DNA from: Dehalococcoidia bacterium
Lineage (GTDB): Bacteria; Chloroflexota; Dehalococcoidia; UBA2979
Length of the DNA: 64,000 nt
Direction of reading: 5' to 3'
Assembly: GCA_965219085.1 (NCBI GenBank)
Contig: OZ244720.1
Location: forward strand, 1,152,001 to 1,216,000
Part shown: one piece after another, positions 7,775 through 17,525 of the stretch
Layout: each line of letters starts with the position of its first letter
How positions within the stretch are numbered: position 1 is the stretch's first letter
Made by a program: the position numbers and the translations under genes
The notes under the pieces: generated by a model
What the model was told of the DNA's origin: nothing
The model's input: only the letters and a program-made list of their open reading frames with translations
Database searches by the model: none

Positions 7775-10543
7775 ATGCAGCACTACCTTCTTGCTCGATC
7801 CTGGCGCCGGGCGGCGCTCGCGGCCCTGCTAGCTATGAGCGTCATCTCAATTCAGAGTGGCCAGCTCAACGCGCAGGAGCCGCCCACCAACAATGCGGCT
7901 ACAGGCACCCCCACCCTCATCGGCCCGCTCCGGGTCGGTGCAGTCCTGCGCGTGGACACCTCCTCGATCGTGGACACCGACGGTCTCACGAACCCGAGCT
8001 TCAGCTACACCTGGCTCGCAGATGACGATCTCCTCGAGCCGGGTGCCTTTCTTCGGGCCTTGTCGTCTGTCAACGAGTACCCGGTCGCGCCGTACGACGC
8101 CGGGCTGACAATCAAAGTGCAGGTGCATTTCGAGGACGACAACGGCAACAGGGAATCCCTCGATGTAGAAGCGACAAGCACCGTCGCCGCTGTGGCGCCG
8201 GACGCGCCACCGAACCTCAGCGCCTCGCTGGGTGACCCCGGCGAGCTTGACCTGAGCTGGTCGACCCCTGCGGTCTGTGACTTCACCCTTGTCTTCGACT
8301 GCTGGCTCGACCTCGACCGAACGTTCAGCGTTGGAGACGGCGGTTCAGACATCACCGGCTACACGGTGCAATGGAAGCTGGCGTCTGGAAGCTGGGGCGT
8401 CGCGTCCAATGTCTCCGAAGCGGAGGTGACGACGACGTCCCATACCGTCACCGGGCTGAGCGCGAGCAGTACGTACACCGCGCGCGTGCTCGCACGAAAT
8501 GCAGTCGGCGCGGGCACTCCTTCGACCGAGGTGACAGTCAGCGACACCAACCTCAACGTGGGGCCGGTCGTCTCAGGAAGGGCGGCGCCAAGCTTCTTTG
8601 AGACCAACCCAAGGGACGTAGAGACGTATACCGCGACCGATCCCGAGAGCGACACCATCACCTGGTCGCTCTCGGGTCCCGATGCAAGCTTCTTCAGCAT
8701 CGCCGACGGTGTGCTCAATTTCGATTCCGCCGGGGACTATGAGGACCCGAGGGACGCTGACCGGAACAACGCGTATGAGGTGACCATCCATGCGTTCGAC
8801 GGGGCGAACAGCGCGGTTTTCCCCGTCACCGTCGTCATCAACGAGGTTGATGAGCGTCCTGTCATCGCTGGGCCCGCCAGTGTGAATGTCAGGGGAGGCA
8901 CGACGGCCTACGTGGGCCGCTACGGCGCAACCGACCCGGAAGGATTCGTGACAAGCTGGGAGCCGCTTTCGGGCGTGGACGCACAACACTTCGAGTTCTC
9001 CGATGCCGGAGACCTGAGCTTCACCGCCGTGCCCGACTTCGATAGTCCGGCCGACACCAACGGCGACAACAGGTATGAGGTCACAGTCAGCGCTTCGTCC
9101 GACGGCGATCGGGGAACGCGGACTGGAACGTTGGACGTGGTAATCACTGTCACGGATCCGAACCAGCCGATCAGGCCACCGATCATCATCCCAGGAGGAG
9201 GTGGCGGCGGCGGGGGCGGCTCGCGCGGCCCGACCCCGAGCGAGGCCGACTACGAGTGGACCGTGAAGCACGACATCGATGAGCTCGACGGCGGCAATGA
9301 CGAGCCCACCGGTACCTGGTCCAACGGCACGACGCTCTGGGTGGCCGACAATCCGAACGGCGCCGGGGACGCCGTTTACGCCTACGACCTCGCCAGCGGC
9401 AAACGGGTCGAGGAGCTGGAGTTCGAGCTTGACGAGACGAACCGCGCCCCGCGCGGAGCCTGGTCAGACAAGGAGACCATCTGGATCCCCGACAGCGGCC
9501 AGGAGCGGCTCTTCGCCTACGACCTCGCCACGGGAGAGCGGCTCAAGGACCGCGACATCGAGCTTGCCGAGCGCAATGACGATCCTCGCGGCATCTGGTC
9601 CGACGGCGTCACGATGTGGGTGCTCGACAATCGCCGTGACGCACTGTTCGCGTACGACCTCGGGACGGGTGAGTTGCTTGCCGAGTACGCCCTCGACTCC
9701 GCGAACAGTCAGCCGCACGGCATCTGGTCCGATCGCTTCACCGTCTGGGTCTCCAACCACGACCCCAAGCGCCTCTTCGCCTACCGGCTGCCAACTCCCG
9801 ACGCCGAGGACGCTGATGAGCTCGTCGAGCTTGAGCGTGTCACGGACGAGGAGTTCACGAAGCTGAGCCGCGCCAGCAACAACAGCCCGCGCGGCATCTG
9901 GTCCGACGGCGAGGTGATGTACGTCGCCGACCGGAGCGACGACAAGGTCTACAGCTACAACATGCCGGATGCGATCGACGCCCGCCTCGCCTCGCTCGAG
10001 CTCGCGGGCGTCGACTTCGGCGAGTTCTCGCCGCTGCTCTACGACTACGCCAGCGACACCGTCCCGCACGGCAACATCGCCACCCTCACGGTCACTCCGG
10101 CCCAACCCGGCGCCTCCCTGGAGATACGCCCGCCAGACCACGACGGCGACGAAGCGAACGGGCACCACGTGCGGTTGATCCCGGGGCTCGAGATCACCGT
10201 CACCGTCACCTCGCCGGACGGGAGCCGCATGCGCGTCTACCGGCTGCTCCTCGGCGACGAGGAGGCGACCGGCCCACCTCTCGACTGCCTGCGCGACATC
10301 GTCGGCGCGCGCTTCAGCCCCGTCACGTACGAGGGCGGCGCCGTCACCGATCTTGAGGCGTGCGCGAGCGGTCTCGACGTCATCTCGCTGTACGCCCTCG
10401 ACGCCGACGGGAAGTACGTGTCGTACATCCTCGGCGCGCCGGAGTTCGTGAACCGCGCGTTCGTGGCGCTGTTCCCGGACGGCGTCCCGGCCGACACGCC
10501 GATGATCGCCCAGCGCGCCAGCCCCGACGACGAAGGCTCCTGA
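7775..10543 (+). CDS. Secreted multidomain protein: FN3, two cadherin-like domains, beta-propeller repeats, cadherin-like beta-sandwich
   Basis: Signal peptide; FN3 (PDAPPNL..LSW..YTVQW..TGL..Y..RVLARNAVG); cadherin-like ATDPE / DYEDP.D.D.NN.YEV twice; poly-Gly linker; repeated P.G.WSDG.T.WV.D blades. Confidence 0.85.
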   Translation: MQHYLLARSWRRAALAALLAMSVISIQSGQLNAQEPPTNNAATGTPTLIGPLRVGAVLRVDTSSIVDTDGLTNPSFSYTWLADDDLLEPGAFLRALSSVNEYPVAPYDAGLTIKVQVHFEDDNGNRESLDVEATSTVAAVAPDAPPNLSASLGDPGELDLSWSTPAVCDFTLVFDCWLDLDRTFSVGDGGSDITGYTVQWKLASGSWGVASNVSEAEVTTTSHTVTGLSASSTYTARVLARNAVGAGTPSTEVTVSDTNLNVGPVVSGRAAPSFFETNPRDVETYTATDPESDTITWSLSGPDASFFSIADGVLNFDSAGDYEDPRDADRNNAYEVTIHAFDGANSAVFPVTVVINEVDERPVIAGPASVNVRGGTTAYVGRYGATDPEGFVTSWEPLSGVDAQHFEFSDAGDLSFTAVPDFDSPADTNGDNRYEVTVSASSDGDRGTRTGTLDVVITVTDPNQPIRPPIIIPGGGGGGGGGSRGPTPSEADYEWTVKHDIDELDGGNDEPTGTWSNGTTLWVADNPNGAGDAVYAYDLASGKRVEELEFELDETNRAPRGAWSDKETIWIPDSGQERLFAYDLATGERLKDRDIELAERNDDPRGIWSDGVTMWVLDNRRDALFAYDLGTGELLAEYALDSANSQPHGIWSDRFTVWVSNHDPKRLFAYRLPTPDAEDADELVELERVTDEEFTKLSRASNNSPRGIWSDGEVMYVADRSDDKVYSYNMPDAIDARLASLELAGVDFGEFSPLLYDYASDTVPHGNIATLTVTPAQPGASLEIRPPDHDGDEANGHHVRLIPGLEITVTVTSPDGSRMRVYRLLLGDEEATGPPLDCLRDIVGARFSPVTYEGGAVTDLEACASGLDVISLYALDADGKYVSYILGAPEFVNRAFVALFPDGVPADTPMIAQRASPDDEGS

Positions 10544-10544
10544 G

Positions 10545-10583
10545 CCTTACGCCTCGATGCGCGACGGCCACCAGTTCCAGCGC
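10545..10583 (-). repeat. Orphan duplicate of the MMPL gene 3' end (partner 11415-11453)
   Basis: 36/39 identity; encodes RWNWWPSRIEA* versus RWNWWPSRIGA* in the gene. Confidence 0.9.
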
Positions 10584-10660
10584 GGGATCCGAGGACACCA
10601 GTGCCCTCGACTGCCGGACCGACTCAGGCCTTCCGGTGTGTCCACTCTCAAGGCCGGAAC

Positions 10661-10996
10661 CTAGCCTGTCTCGGGGTGCTCCTCATCCAGTGCTGCGATA
10701 CCCGTCAGTGCGATCGGCGGCCGGTCGGGGAATTCGGCCACCAGGCTGAGCTTCCCGCCCATCGCGCCGACGTAGCTGCTCAGCGTGGAGAGCAGCAGAT
10801 CGCTGCGCTGCTCGATACGCGAGACGTTTTCCTGATTGATTCCCAGCTTCGCGGCAACGCTCGCCTGCGTCTGCTCCCGTGCCTTGCGCAGGTCGCGAAG
10901 CGACATCTCTTCGGCGATGAGGTCCCGGGCGCGTTCCTCGATCCGCTGCCGACGCGACGGCGAGAGTCCGTCCAATCGCTCATCGAGGGTCGACAT
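10661..10996 (-). CDS. XRE/HTH antitoxin (HigA-like)
   Basis: LRDLRKAREQTQASVAAKLGINQENVSRIEQRSDLLLSTL HTH; downstream of a RelE-like toxin. Confidence 0.9.
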   Translation of the reverse strand: MSTLDERLDGLSPSRRQRIEERARDLIAEEMSLRDLRKAREQTQASVAAKLGINQENVSRIEQRSDLLLSTLSSYVGAMGGKLSLVAEFPDRPPIALTGIAALDEEHPETG

Positions 10997-10998
10997 GC

Positions 10999-11361
10999 CT
11001 ACCTCCTCACGCCGGGTAACTGGTCGAGATGCTCATCGAATCGTGCATCCGCCCTGCTGACCAGCCGGCTGTAGAAGCGACGCTCGTTCATGCCGCTCTT
11101 GTCGCCAGCCGCCAGCAGGATGGCACGCTGGCGAGGGTCGAACGCGAAGGCGACGCGCCAGACGCCTTGCGCTGCGCGAAAGCGAAGCTCCTTCATGTTG
11201 GCGTGGCGGGATCCGTTCAGCGTATCGACACGCGGGCGACCCAATGTCGGCCCGAACGTCTCAAGGAGCCTCGCCTGTGCAAGCAACTCATCCTGCACCG
11301 CGGTCGGCAGATCGTCGAATTCAGGGTCGAAGGCCCCGTGGAACTCGACTCCCCAAGCCAA
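10999..11361 (-). CDS. RelE/HigB-family toxin
   Basis: GPTLGRPRVDTLNGSRHANMKELR...WRVAFAFDPRQRAILLAAGDKSG. TTG start at 11361 chosen because the ATG at 11373 overlaps the predicted -10. Confidence 0.88.
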   Translation of the reverse strand: MAWGVEFHGAFDPEFDDLPTAVQDELLAQARLLETFGPTLGRPRVDTLNGSRHANMKELRFRAAQGVWRVAFAFDPRQRAILLAAGDKSGMNERRFYSRLVSRADARFDEHLDQLPGVRR

Positions 11362-11368
11362 CGGAGAC

Positions 11369-11405
11369 ATCATGACTTGTCAGTCATATGCTGTCAAGAG
11401 CATAT
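11369..11405 (-). promoter_or_regulatory. Sigma70-type promoter and palindromic operator of the higBA-like module
   Basis: Minus strand TTGACA (11397-11392)-N17-CATGAT (11374-11369); inverted repeat atatgct-N6-agcatat (11386-11405) overlaps the -35. Confidence 0.7.
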
Positions 11406-11416
11406 CTGCCTCGCCC

Positions 11417-13624
11417 TCACGCCCCGATCCGCGACGGCCACCAGTTCCAGCGCCCGAACATCGCCACGAGCGACGGCACGATCAACGTGCGCGTGATGAA
11501 GGTGTCCATCAGCACGCCGGCCGCCACCGCGAAGCCGAGCTGTAGCAGGTCCTGCAGCGGCAGCGTCATCAGCGCCGAAAACGTCCCGGCGAGGATGAGG
11601 CCGGCCGAGGTGATCACGGGGCCGGTGCGCGCGAGTGCGTACCGGGTCGCCTCGGCCAGCGGCGCCTCGCGCGCCTCCTCGCGGATGCGCGACATCAGGT
11701 AGATGTTGTAGTCGACGCTCAGCGCGTTGAGGAACACGAAGAGGAAGAATGGGACGCCCTGTCCCACTCCCGATTGACCCAGCACGACGACGAAGACCAC
11801 GACGGCGAGGCCGAGCGTCGCGAAGTACGTGAACGCGATCGTCGCCATCAGGTACAGCGGCACGATCAGCGAGCGCAGCAGCAGCGCCAGCACCACCCCG
11901 ATCGCGAGCAGGATCAGCGGCAGCACGACCCGCGAGTCGCGGTTGCCGGCCACCTTCGTGTCAAACGCCTCCGCGGTCTCGCCGCCGATGAGCACGCCGG
12001 CCGGGTCCAGCCCGGCCGCGGCCACGCTCGCGCGCGCAAGCTCGCGCAGCTCGGGGACGGCGTCGAGCGCCTCCGGCGCGTACGGGCTCACCCCGAGCAC
12101 GACGTCGATGCGCGCCTCGTCCCCGTCCTCGGAGACAAAGCCCGCCCGGGCTGCCTCGGCGGCAGGCCCGCTCGCGGACCCCGCCTCGATGCCGAAGGGA
12201 CGGCTGGGACCGGCGGCGCCGGCGACGAGGGGGTGTTCGGTCAGCGCGAGCGTGACCGCGTCGAGCTTCCCGAGCGCACCCTCGTCGAGGGCCTGTTCGC
12301 CGGGCGCGAGCGAGACGAAGACCCGCGTGCGCGCGAGTTCGCCGCCCGGGAAGCCCGTGCGCAGCAGCTCGAAGCTGCGCACCGACTCGGTGTTGTCGGG
12401 CAGGCTCTCGAGCCGGTCGTAGGTCGGCTGGTAGGCGAAGAGGCCGGCGATGAGCAGGGCAAGCACCGCGCTCGTCGCGGCGAGCACGGCGCGCGGCCGG
12501 CGCAGCACCACGCCGCCGATGCGGCCGTAGATGCTCTGGCGCCAGTCGGCGGGGGCGTCGGGCCCCTCGGCGAGGCGCGGCTGCACCGGCCAGAAGACGC
12601 GCCGCCCGATGATCGTCAGCACCGCCGGGATGAGCGTGAGCGCGGCGAGCATCATCAGCGCCACCGCCAGCGCGATGACCGGCCCGAGCGTCTGGTAGGA
12701 GCGCAGCACCGCGAACCACAATGCCGCGGACGCGACGAGGATCGTCGCGCCGGCCGAGGCGACGGCGCCGCCGACGCCGCGCATGGTGCGTCGCATCGCC
12801 TCGTGGCGGTCGGCGTTGCGGGTGAGCTCCTCGCGGAAGCGCGCCGAGACGAAGAGCACGTAGTCCGTCCCGGTGCCGAACAGCACGACGGTCATGATGC
12901 CCGTCGCCTGGCCGGAGATGGGCAGGTCGAACTGCTGCGCGATCCAGGCGGCGATGCCGCCGGCGAGCTGGAAGACGAGCCCCACCCCGAGCAGCGGGAT
13001 CGTGGCCATGATCGGCGATCGGTAGATGGCGATCAGCAGCGCGAGCACCAGCGCCACGGTGACGAGCAGCAGGAACGTGTCGATCTGCCGGAACACCCCG
13101 ACGATATCGACCACGAGCCCGCCCGGCCCGCCCACGGCGACCTCGACGCCGGGCAGGTCGAGCGCCGCCGTGCGTTCGCGGATCGCGTTCACCGTGTCCG
13201 CGAACGGGTCCTCGGCGGGCTCGCCCGAGAGCTCGACGAAGATGTAGAGGGTGGTGCGGTCGGGCGAGATGAGGCCGGGAATGGCGCCCGGCGCGCGCAC
13301 ATCGGTGATGTTGTGCGGCGCGTCGGGGCCCGTCATCCAGGCGACGAGGTCGTCGACCGCCGCGAGCGTGGGTGCGCCGAGTCCGGCGAGCTCGCGGAAG
13401 ACGATCAGCGTGGGCGTGCCCCGTGCCGGGAACTCGTCGCGGGCGAGCTCGTAGGCGAGGGTCGACTCGGCGTCACCGGGGAGGAACAGTGCCTCCTCGT
13501 TCTCGCGCACCTCGTCGAGGCGCGGGAGCTGCGAGAGCAGCACGCCGGCGGCAAGCACCCAGACGAGCAGCGTGACCCACTTGCCGCGTGGGCTGCTGAC
13601 GAAGTCGGTGACGACGCCCAGCAC
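11417..13624 (-). CDS. MMPL family (RND) transporter
   Basis: Two TM halves with GTGTDYVLFVSARFREE and SVDYNIYLMSRIREE; ends GRWNWWP. Confidence 0.93.
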   Translation of the reverse strand: MLGVVTDFVSSPRGKWVTLLVWVLAAGVLLSQLPRLDEVRENEEALFLPGDAESTLAYELARDEFPARGTPTLIVFRELAGLGAPTLAAVDDLVAWMTGPDAPHNITDVRAPGAIPGLISPDRTTLYIFVELSGEPAEDPFADTVNAIRERTAALDLPGVEVAVGGPGGLVVDIVGVFRQIDTFLLLVTVALVLALLIAIYRSPIMATIPLLGVGLVFQLAGGIAAWIAQQFDLPISGQATGIMTVVLFGTGTDYVLFVSARFREELTRNADRHEAMRRTMRGVGGAVASAGATILVASAALWFAVLRSYQTLGPVIALAVALMMLAALTLIPAVLTIIGRRVFWPVQPRLAEGPDAPADWRQSIYGRIGGVVLRRPRAVLAATSAVLALLIAGLFAYQPTYDRLESLPDNTESVRSFELLRTGFPGGELARTRVFVSLAPGEQALDEGALGKLDAVTLALTEHPLVAGAAGPSRPFGIEAGSASGPAAEAARAGFVSEDGDEARIDVVLGVSPYAPEALDAVPELRELARASVAAAGLDPAGVLIGGETAEAFDTKVAGNRDSRVVLPLILLAIGVVLALLLRSLIVPLYLMATIAFTYFATLGLAVVVFVVVLGQSGVGQGVPFFLFVFLNALSVDYNIYLMSRIREEAREAPLAEATRYALARTGPVITSAGLILAGTFSALMTLPLQDLLQLGFAVAAGVLMDTFITRTLIVPSLVAMFGRWNWWPSRIGA

Positions 13625-13873
13625 GGCTATCCGCGCCCGCGCGCGGCGTGCGCGTCGCGCACGGGAGCTGCTGCCGACGTCGTGCGCAAGGTTGGGCTCC
13701 TCGAATGTTCGGGGGCTGCCGGATCGAGGCTACAGGCGGCCCGGCGCGGGGGAAACAGCGCGATCCGGATTGCATGCGGGCAGGCCGCGCGGCCCCGGAC
13801 GATGGGGCGAAGTGGCATAGTGCAACGGACGGGCCCGCGTGCGCGGGCCCTCGGCTCACCCGTGGAGGCGAGA

Positions 13874-14407
13874 ATGCAATACGACGACGCGGCAGCCACC
13901 CCGTTTGTGGGCCGCATGATTGGCGCGGCTCGGCTCAAGGGCGACGTGTACGAGGAGATCGAGCACGACCAGAGCGCGACCAGCCAGGCCGCGATTGTCG
14001 TCGTCGGGACGAGCCTCGCCGCGGGCATCGGCGGCATCTCCACCGGCGGCATTGTCGCGCTCGTCCTGTTCACGATCGTCGGGCTAGTCGGCTGGGCGGT
14101 GTACGCCTGGATCGCCTACTTCATCGGCACACGGCTCTTCGCCACTGCGGAGACCAGCGCCGATTGGGGCGAACTCGCACGCACACTGGGCTTCGCGAGC
14201 TCGCCGAGGATCCTGCTGTTGCTCGGCCTGGTGCCGGGCATCTTCGGGCTCGTCAGCTTCGTCGTCGGGGTCTGGGTCATTCTCACCACGATCACTGCAC
14301 TCAAGGCCGCGCTCGAGATGGGCACGTGGCGCGCGGTCGGGACGGCGCTCGTGGCGCTGATCGCGCAGGGCATCATCTTCAGCATCGTCTTCGCGATCAT
14401 CGGTTGA
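13874..14407 (+). CDS. Yip1-like membrane protein
   Basis: GGAGG RBS; RMIGAARL...YEEIEHD...LARTLGFASSP; several TM helices. Confidence 0.75.
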   Translation: MQYDDAAATPFVGRMIGAARLKGDVYEEIEHDQSATSQAAIVVVGTSLAAGIGGISTGGIVALVLFTIVGLVGWAVYAWIAYFIGTRLFATAETSADWGELARTLGFASSPRILLLLGLVPGIFGLVSFVVGVWVILTTITALKAALEMGTWRAVGTALVALIAQGIIFSIVFAIIG

Positions 14408-14418
14408 GCGAGGCCCGG

Positions 14419-15042
14419 GTGGAGCCGCAGGAACGATTCCCGATCAGCCTCGGGGAGGCGATCTTCTCGCTGCGCGCCATCCGCCGCGTCAAGCCCGACC
14501 CCATCCCCGAGGAGGACCTGCGCGACATCCTCACCGCGGCCATCCAGGCGCCCAACGGAGGCAACGCCCAGCCCTGGCACTTCCTCGTCGTGCGCGACCC
14601 GGAGCTGCGCGCGCGCCTCGGCGCCCTCTACCACGAGGCGTGGTGGGCGAAGCGCGCCGACGAGGGCATCGGCGGCCCCGAGGACCTCCACCCCGCCAAC
14701 CAGGTGTCCGCCTCGGCGATGCGCCTCGCCGACGAGTTCGGCGAGGCGCCGGCCATCGTGCTGGTGTGCGCGATGGCGCAGGGGGCCGGGGCAATGGGCT
14801 CGGTCATCCCGTCGGTCGAAAACCTGCTCCTCGCCGCGCGAGGGCTCGGCGTAGGCGGCACGATCACGACGCTGCACGCCTCGGTCGACGAGCGCGTGAA
14901 GGCGCTGCTCGACATCCCGGCGGAGGTGCAGATCGTCTACGCGGTGCGGCTCGGCTACCCGCGGGGCCGCTTCGGGCCGGTCACCCGCAAGCCGCTGAAC
15001 GAGGTGACCTCGGGGGACCGCTGGGGCGATCCGCTCGCGTAG
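14419..15042 (+). CDS. Nitroreductase family protein
   Basis: AIFSLRAIRR..PDPIP...APNGGNAQPWHFLVV...NLLLAARGLGVG...LGYP. Confidence 0.92.
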   Translation: MEPQERFPISLGEAIFSLRAIRRVKPDPIPEEDLRDILTAAIQAPNGGNAQPWHFLVVRDPELRARLGALYHEAWWAKRADEGIGGPEDLHPANQVSASAMRLADEFGEAPAIVLVCAMAQGAGAMGSVIPSVENLLLAARGLGVGGTITTLHASVDERVKALLDIPAEVQIVYAVRLGYPRGRFGPVTRKPLNEVTSGDRWGDPLA

Positions 15043-15274
15043 CGAGCGAAACCGGCATGTCGACCCTTTGAGGCGCGGCGAGCCCGCGAGGGGCGCGCGA
15101 TCTCCGAACCCGGACCGCGCCGCATTCGCAGGGGCGCGGGTGCAAGGGCTAGTTAGTCGAGGCGTACCATCGGTGAGCGTTGCTGCTCAATCGCAGAACG
15201 GACAAGCCACCCTTGACGGATACGAGCTATCGTGGCACATGAGAAAGACAGAGCATCGCGAGAAGGGAACGGCC

Positions 15275-17280
15275 GTGCCGACGTACACGATTGATGACTT
15301 CTGGCGGCGGCGCCTCAAGAGTCGTGTTGAATACCCATCTGACAGATCGCCGGTAGCTGGGTGGTCCACCCAGACCGACGGGTTACCAACCTTCCAGGAG
15401 GCCCCCTTTCGCCGAGCGAAGAATTCGCTGATGACGCCGACCCGGAAAACAGCTCTATACTACTCGTCTCCGCCCCTGGTGCCGTTGGGAAGTCCACTCT
15501 CGCCCGCGAGATCGCGCATGCTACGGGCTCGATCTATATTGACCTTGCCGAGGCGGCACCGGTTGGCGCTCAAACCTTGACTGGTGGCCTCGCTAGATCA
15601 GGCCTTTTCGAAGCTTGGGAATCGGAGTCAGTCGCCGCACTGATTGATGGCTTAGATGAGGCCCGCCTGAAGGTAACCCACGAGGCCTTTCGGTCATTCC
15701 TCTCGGATATTGCGGAGCTCTCAGTTAGTCGGACGATACCAACGGTACTCTTCGGCAGAACGCGTGCGATCCAAGATGCGTGGCTTGAGCTAGCAGAAAG
15801 CGACATTGATGTGAGCATCTCGGTGCTGGAGATCGGCTATTTCGATCCGCAGTCATCTCTTGCTCTTGCCGTAAACAAACTGAATCCTAGCAGCCAGCAC
15901 ACGAGCGTGCAGACTGAGGTCATGGAGGTCATACTACAAACCCTAAGAAGGGAGACCAGTAGTGACGGCGATCGCTTTGCTGGATATGCGCCAGTAATCG
16001 AAGCCGTCGCTGCGCACGTCAACGATGAGGATAACCCTGGAGCGCTGCTTGCTAGAGTACGGCAGGGGGATCAACCCGTGTCGATGCAAGCCATTGTGTC
16101 AGCAATTCTGGACAGAGATCACCGTAAGTTACGCGCCATTGAGTTCAAGGATAAAACGTTATCCGAGAGGCTGTACACTCCAGATGAGCAACTCGACCGC
16201 CTCGTCTCGGAGGCATACGGGGCTCCGCCTCCGGAAATGCCGGACATGGATCCGGAGGATGCTCAGAGGTATGAGGGCCTATTGGAGGAGTGGGTAAATG
16301 ATCACCCATTCCGCGATGCCTCAGCAACAGTATTTGACGCTGTAATTTCCACCAGAGGGTTGCAAAGCACTGCGGCGAGTGGTGCAGCGCTGAATAGGGA
16401 ACTAGGCAGGTCAGTAGCAAACCCGTTTCTGTCGGAGTTCTACGCGCTGGGATCCGACCTAATTCAGCCTGAGCATGTAGGTGTCTTCTATGCGTCGGTG
16501 AGAGCTAGGCTCGCGCTCGGAGACTCTGCCAGTCTATACCTAGGAACGGACGAGGAGTCGCGCTCGCTCACGGAGATGGAGATAACCATCACACGGCGAG
16601 ATACCAGTGAGCCTCGAATATTGAGACTGCAGACTGAGGAATCTGGCACGATCATTTTGGGCAGTCAAGTCGAAGATATTCACCTAGCTGTGCCTTGGGC
16701 GAGGGTTACGATCGGCGCAGAGCCAGAGGCCACCTTAGTTGCGCCAGTTATTATTCAGTGCAATGAGCTCTTCATGCCAGCGCCTAAACTAATCATAGAG
16801 GCCCCCGATGGTCGCCATGATAACGCGGTTCTTCTAGAGGCACAAGAATACCTTGGTCGGACGTCGCAAGTGCCCGTTATTCGAGGAGATGTCAGCTTAT
16901 CCGCCTCTTGGCCAGGAGTCGCTACGTATCCTTGGACTGCGTTCGCCATCAACCCGACGAGCGCGGGCGATGAAGATCCGGAACTCGATGAAGCCCTGAG
17001 GCGATTCCGTAATTTCGTGATTCAATTCCGGTCTAACAGGTACGGGGGACTGGCTCGGTACCAAGGGACGATCGACAATACTAGGATGACTAAGGGGCCT
17101 GGGCGAGCCGTTCTGCGCCACATGGAGGAAACGGGGATACTGACTCGCCAGCAGCCAATGTATTTCTTAGACCCCCAACGCTTGTCTGAATTGACTGGTA
17201 CATCCTACGCTGATTGTATGGCTCGTAGATTCGGCGAGAAGGCTGTTTCATTCGTCAGGGAGGCAATGTCGAGCGGCTAG
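15275..17280 (+). CDS. P-loop NTPase (STAND/NACHT-like), probable 1-nt frameshift near 15405; candidate defence gene
   Basis: Walker A SAPGAVGKST, Walker B ALIDGLDE; visibly more AT-rich than the flanks. An upstream-frame N-terminus from GTG 15275 (AAGGGA RBS) joins the 15361-17280 frame if one C is added to the C5 run. Confidence 0.75.
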
Positions 17281-17290
17281 GATTCGAGCC

Positions 17291-17408
17291 GGTGCAAATC
17301 GTCTACGCGGTGCGGCTCGGCTACCCGCGGGGCCGCTTCGGGCCGGTCACCCGCAAGCCGCTGAACGAGGTGACCTCGGGGGACCGCTGGGGCAGCCCGC
17401 TCGCGTAG
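17291..17408 (+). repeat. Orphan duplicate of the nitroreductase 3' end (partner 14925-15042)
   Basis: 118 bp with 4 mismatches, includes the stop codon (…DRWGSPLA* versus DRWGDPLA*). Confidence 0.95.
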
Positions 17409-17525
17409 GCGAGTGCGGTCCCGGGTCAACAACGTGACCGATGAGGGAACCAATCGGGGCTGTGGCGCGTATTCATTACCGGACGAGAACGGCGGGCGCT
17501 CTCATGGCCGCGGAGCGATAGCACG

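Noticed and set aside
14925-17408. 118-bp repeat pair as a DGR template/variable repeat
   Set aside because: Mismatches are not confined to adenines of one copy and no reverse transcriptase is present in the window.
10545-17408. Orphan repeat copies lose GATC sites relative to the genes
   Set aside because: True for three sites in two pairs, but the 33448/34335 pair keeps GATC in both copies and GATC is abundant; likely chance.
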